A DNA stretch of 55,305 bases, filler included, from Diploschistes diacapsis (taxonomy: Eukaryota): NCBI GenBank assembly GCA_023645945.1. It is 5 parts of 5 records of this genome, joined end to end, with 100 filler letters (N's around TTAATTAATTAA, not from the genome) between each part and the next. Parts side by side here need not be neighbours in the genome. Positions count along the whole stretch, not along the records: positions 44,342 to 55,305 come from JALAIB010000869.1; 4 more parts are not named here. One strand, written 5' to 3'. The notes under the pieces were generated by a model. That model was given only the letters and a program-made list of their open reading frames with translations, was not told the origin of the DNA and did no database searches. Positions 50,037-55,305 of the stretch are shown here, one piece after another. The translations under genes were made by a program, and so were the position numbers. The first letter of the stretch is position 1. Each line of letters begins with the position of its first letter.

Positions 50037-52158
50037 ATGAGCGAGACGGAAGAGACCCAACAACAGTCTATTCAAGCTAGAATTGCGGCTCTGAATCTAG
50101 GCCAAGTCGGAAGAGGTGCTGGTAACATAGTCACCTCAAAGACTAGCCAGAGAGCTCCACCACCAAAGCCTTTGCTCGACCGTACAGTGTCCGCATGCGC
50201 ACCTAGCGCGTCTTCAATTAGCAATGGCATCGGTAACGAGCCAAATGACCCTCCTCGAACTGTCCTGCCTCCTCCCGACATCAACGTACGGGCAGCTCGA
50301 ACCAGCAGCTCTTCAAAACCTACCCCTCCCCCACGACTACCGCCGCGACGAGAGTCCACACAACAGCGGCCAGTGCCAACATTGCCGCCCCGAAGACCTT
50401 CCGGGCTGAGTCGTAAAGAGTCTCAGGAATCAGTGTCTTCCGTTGTGTCTTCGGTGTCTGCACTGTCCAATGGCACTGCTCGAAGCTTTGCATCTCGGAC
50501 CCCGTCCATGGACGGCTCGAGAATGCTGGCACCGGTCTACGACCCAGCGAGTCTACCGTCTTTGCCCCCTACTCGAAGAGACCAACAAGACGGAAAGACA
50601 AGTCCTACACCGTCACCAACCGCAAGAGCGGCCCTTAAGGCAACAAAATCAACGAGCTACATAACTACAAAGGAGGTGCTGCCTCCTCCCACAACCCCAG
50701 ATCTACCTCAGAGACCGGGTCAACGCAGTATATCTCCAAACGCACCATCCTTGCCTTCAAGACCTACCTTGCCTCAAAGAGCGCCCACATCCGAAGCACC
50801 TCCTCCACCAGCATATGCAAGACGTCTTCCACCTACAACGATACCACCCATCAAATTACGATCCGAAATTGGGCCTACAATACCCTCTCGACCGAGTTTC
50901 TCGTCTGAAGCTTGTAAGAGCAATGGCACTGACAAAACGCCCCCTCCAGTGCCGATGTCAACCAGGCCGGACCTTTCTAAGATTATGGGTACGAAGCCTA
51001 AAATATCCGTGTCTAAACTGGGGAGTAGCCCAGCGAACCAGAGCACTGCGCAGGCATCTTGTCTAAAATGTCGCGATTTCTCCGGTCCGGACAATCACGC
51101 AGCACGATTTCCCAGACAAAATGTTCCGTCGTTAGACTGGCTGGCCAATCAGCTAACAAATCCATTTCCCTCGTTCACTGACAAGGCCCGCTCGATCTTC
51201 GCATGGCTGCATCATAACATCGACTACAACGTGGAAGCCTTTTTCAACAACGCTGTGAAACCGTCGACACCAGCTTCTACACTGGAGACGGGCCTTGCCG
51301 TCTGCGAGGGCTACGCCAGCTTGTTTACCGCACTGGCAACCAAAGCAGGCCTCGAATCAATCGTCGTTGGAGGTCATGGCAAAGGTAAGCTTGCAGCTAC
51401 GTATGCCGATGGGTGTTCTAATGAAGATAGGGTTTGGGATTCGTGCCATTCTACCGGGCGAGCCCATCCCGCCAAAGAGCTCAAACCACGCTTGGAATGC
51501 CGTCAAGATTGACAACGGAGAGTGGAAACTGATTGATCCCTGCTGGGGTGCCGGGCATGTCGAAGGCGCTGGGCGTCCGTACCAGCGCAGCTTCAATCCA
51601 ACCAAGTTCACTGAGACCAACGAAGAGTTTGGGCTTAGCCATTTCCCCAGTGACCCAATGCACTTCTACCGTGCTGACGGTCGCATTCTAACATGGGAGG
51701 AATACATGGTAGGGGATCAGCTTGGGGAGGCTGTCAGACTCTGCCCGCAAAAGGATGAAGGCTTTTCGAACACAAGCTTCGTTCCGAAGCAACTCAAGAT
51801 TTCTACGTCGCCTTCCGCACATGCCGGTCCGACGGTGCGCTTCATGTTCGAGAGGACGTGTCCACACTGGGATCCGATAAAGAACGGCAAAGGCAAACCA
51901 TATCAGTACATACTATGCGTGGGAATACCCGCTTCAGGGCCTGCCAGGGACTTGATCCCGTTCGATACGAATGGGAAGTTCTGGTGGGTGGACGTTCCCG
52001 TAGAGGCCCTAGGTGCCCCTGGAGAGAGGATCACGTGCGCGGGAGTGGACACAGTCGGTGGGCAGGATGCAAGGGGTTTATCCAAAGAAGAGTGGCTGCT
52101 TGCCAAAGGAAGAAAGGGCATGTCGTGGAAGAGTTTTGCAAATTGGGAGCTGGTTTGA
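50037..52158 (+). CDS. Transglutaminase-like (KY peptidase/Cyk3-related) protein with a Pro-rich N-terminus; exons 50037-51384, 51431-52158
   Basis: CLKCRDFSGPD.HA, KARSIFAWLHHNIDY, AVCEGYA (Cys), GHGKG|FG, HAWNAV (His), LIDPCWGAG (Asp). Confidence 0.9.
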
Positions 52159-53235
52159 GATGGCTTTGGGCAGGCCCATTACTTGTAATGAAGCTGACAA
52201 GATGCGAGGCGCTCTTATTTATGAAGCTTCCTGGTAAAACGACAGCTTCTCTGGTCAGATCCAAATGGGACTAATATTCATTCCAAGTCTGTCCCGTGCT
52301 TCAGGAATGCCATGACTAGGGGATACTAGTGGCGATCTGTTGAGGCTACTATCCTGTACTGATACTTGGCTGCGTACGCAATTGAATGAGATCCACAAAA
52401 CTCATCATGTTGGCAAACATCCCACAGGCATCTTACATATGCCTACTCTGAAGATGTGTACTTGAATCTCTTTCTATCCCTCCCTGTTGGATGTTTCATT
52501 ACAGGAAATCCCCAGCCCCAGTTATAGTCAGTTCTTTTGCCCCACGGCGCTTTTGAGCCGACGGAAGTCCGAGCGAGCCTGTCCTGGACTGCGAATGTCT
52601 CTTAGAGATTCTTCTAGTTGGGAGTTTTGTGCGTTCACGCGGTCGTCGGCGTGCATCTTTATCGGCCTGAATGAGCGGCAAGCGCCATCTAAATCTACCC
52701 GTGGGAGACGGACCCCCTGGATCTTCTTTTCACTCCATACTTTCGGGCCTCTTGAGTCTCTCTCGGAGCGTTGGCGCGCGCTCTTCGTAGCCTTCTCTCC
52801 CAACAGCCTCTCTTAGGACTCAAAAAGATGGCCAATTAGGCGAAATGTCATCCCGCAGCGACAGGGTGGCCTGAGAAGGCGATTTTTTAATTCCGGACGA
52901 ATCAATGTTATATTCGCAGAGGGATAGTAAACGGACCAAGGCTGAGTTTTGATGACTGGAAGGGTGATAGCAGCGTGGTACTGCAAATCCTTTGTGAGAG
53001 CGTCAAGAGGAAAATTAAAACAGTGCAGGGACGGACACTCATATCGCTCCCATTTGGCTCGCCCTACGCCAGTAGCAGTACGGTGGCCGCCTACAACCCT
53101 ATCATTCCCTCAAAACCTCTCTTAAGCATAGTCAACATCTCAATCGCAATTTATTGAAAAAACCTTCCCCTGCCCACAGCGAACGCCCACATCTCCGCCT
53201 GTAGTTGCATCAACTTCATCTCCCAAGCACACATC

Positions 53236-54874
53236 ATGGCTCGCCCGCGGCGAAAATCATCAGGCCTGACGGGCGATCCTCGTGGTGACACAGGAGGACC
53301 TGCTGTCTCAACCCTAGAGCCTATGCCCACGATCGTCTCTCCACCCCTCTCACCAGTGAGTATCGCGCATAAGCTGAGATATTGCGTCAGAAGCTGAGAC
53401 ACCGCCAGCGCCCGTCCTCCGGTTTCGTTCCACGACCCTCGAAACGACGAAGAGTCCGATCCTACATCCGTCGGTGGAAAATCTATACCTTCAAACACAC
53501 CTGGGTCAACCCTCTCATCGTCATCGCCATCGTTCTCCTTTTCTACGCCGTCAATCCCACCGAATCCAACCCTCTCCACCGCGCTCTCTTCCTCAGCTAC
53601 CCCCTTCCCCGCGGCGACCCTCTGATACCCTCCCATGCCCGCAATGATCCCGACGTACCTACGTACTACGGCAAAGGTCTCGCCGACGTTACCTTCGTGT
53701 GCTTCTACATCGTCGTCCTCTCCTTCACGCGCGAATTTCTCATGCAGCGCTTCATCCGCCCTGTCGCCATACACTACGGCATACGCTCGCGCGCGAAGCA
53801 GTTCCGCTTCATGGAGCAGGCGTACACGGCCATGTACTTTTCAGTGTTCGGACCGTACGGGATGTACGTGATGAGCCGGACGCCTGTGTGGTACTTTAGC
53901 ACGCACGGCATGTACGAAGGCTTCCCGCACAAGAGCCACGACGGCCTCTTCAAGGCATACTATCTGCTGCAGGCCAGCTACTGGGCGCAGCAGGCGATCG
54001 TGCTGCTGCTGCAGCTGGAGAAGCCGAGGAAGGACTTTAAAGAATTGGTGGCCCACCATATCATCACCTTGTCGCTCATCGCCTCGAGTTATCGCTTCCA
54101 TTTCACGTACATGGGGATCGCAGTCTACATTACACACGACATCAGCGATTTATTCCTCGCCGTAAGTATCTTGCTCCCCGTCATCCATAAAATCCTCCCT
54201 CCCCGCTCGCTCACTCGAACACCACCCTTGAAGTCTTCTCTGTCATTAACTCATGCTTCCTCTCCCAGTCCTCCAAAACGCTCAATTACCTCGACTCCCC
54301 CATCACGGTGCCCTACTACACCTTCTTCGTCGGCGTCTGGATCTACCTGCGCCACTACATCAACCTCAAGATCCTCTACAGCATCCTAACCTCCTTCACG
54401 ACCGTGGGACCCTACGAGCTGAACTGGGAGACGCAGCAGTACAAGTGCTCGCTCAGCCAGGCCATCTCCTTCGCCCTGCTCGGCATCCTGCAGCTCATCA
54501 ACCTCTTCTGGCTCGTGCTGATCCTGCGCATCGCGCTCAACATCTTCATTAGGGACGACTCGACGGACACGCGGAGCGAGGACGAGGACAGCGCAGCGGA
54601 GGAGGAGAGGGACGATGCGGCCGTCCGGGCGGAGAAGAGGGAAGTGGTGGACAAGGCGAGGATGGCGGTGGGTGGGGCGGGAGGAATGAACGGGAAGGTA
54701 GGCATGAACGGCAGGCAGAAGGCGCCGCCGCCGCCGTCGAACGGCTTCTCGAGCGCGCTCGACAGGGAGCGGGTGCTGAACGGGTCCGCGGTCGAGAGCG
54801 CACCGGGCACGCCCCAGTCGCCCACTGCGCGTATGGGCAACGCCCACGTGGAGGCGGTGCTTAAGAGGCGGTGA
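53236..54874 (+). CDS. LAC1: Ceramide synthase (Lag1/Lac1 family); exons 53236-53355, 53391-54161, 54269-54874
   Basis: YGKG..D..FV.FY, RFMEQ.YT, Lag1 motif [48 protein letters not shown] and DTRSEDE. Confidence 0.93.
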
Positions 54875-54974
54875 GGTGGGGAAGGGAGACGGGGAGATGG
54901 CAAGAGAGTAAACCAGGGTTGAGATGGGGAGAGATGACGAGAAGAGGAGGAGGAGGAGGACTAGGTAGATCCTG

Positions 54975-54998
54975 TGGATGGATGGATGGATGGATGGA
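54975..54998. repeat. (TGGA)n microsatellite
   Basis: tggatggatggatggatggatgga is directly visible. Confidence 0.9.
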
Positions 54999-55305
54999 GG
55001 GATCGAGGAAGGGACGAGGAGATAATCGCGGGGGTATGTAGGAGCCATGTAAGAAGGCACGCATCAGGTATGTTCTGCAACTTGTACACAGCAAAGTTTT
55101 AAAGGCACGATGTATATGCTAAATTCATTGTCTATCTATCCATCCATCCATCTATCTATGTCATGGTGCCCCCCGCCAAGAGGGAAGGCGATGCGGGAAA
55201 TCGAGGCAGACGGGTCCCAGTCGGGGACACACATCCATGCACGGCGGCGCCGGGTGGGGAGATAGCTGTCGCTGTTGTGGCATACGCCTAGATACCCCCC
55301 CCCTC

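Overview
Fungal (filamentous ascomycete) nuclear DNA with spliceosomal GT-AG introns. The window is not continuous. It is five unrelated contigs of about 11 kb (10998, 10986, 10979, 10978 and 10964 bp, sorted by length) joined by artificial 100-bp N44-TTAATTAATTAA-N44 spacers. Contig 1 holds a decayed anthraquinone/xanthone tailoring cluster (MdpL/GedK-, MdpK/GedF-, SDR- and O-methyltransferase-like pseudogenes), an intron-containing tRNA-Glu(TTC), PCT1 and the 3' end of RPS23. Contig 2 holds mitochondrial-type IleRS, a UPF0183/PHAF1 gene and kinesin-5. Contig 3 is accessory, with AT-rich or degraded ends and no housekeeping genes. It carries a pseudokinase fused to an IFI6/IFI27-like domain, a second IFI27-like gene with a single TGA at a conserved Trp, an Mx-like dynamin, a MATE-like pseudogene and an OTT_1508-like deaminase split by a TGA. 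This set resembles animal interferon-stimulated effector families and is the best candidate for an undescribed fungal defence/cell-death locus. Contig 4 holds the CGR1 3' end, a Reg1/Hex2-like gene, an ornithine carrier and an orphan multipass membrane protein. Contig 5 holds choline kinase, a transglutaminase-like protein and a ceramide synthase. All family assignments come from motif recognition by eye; no database search was run.
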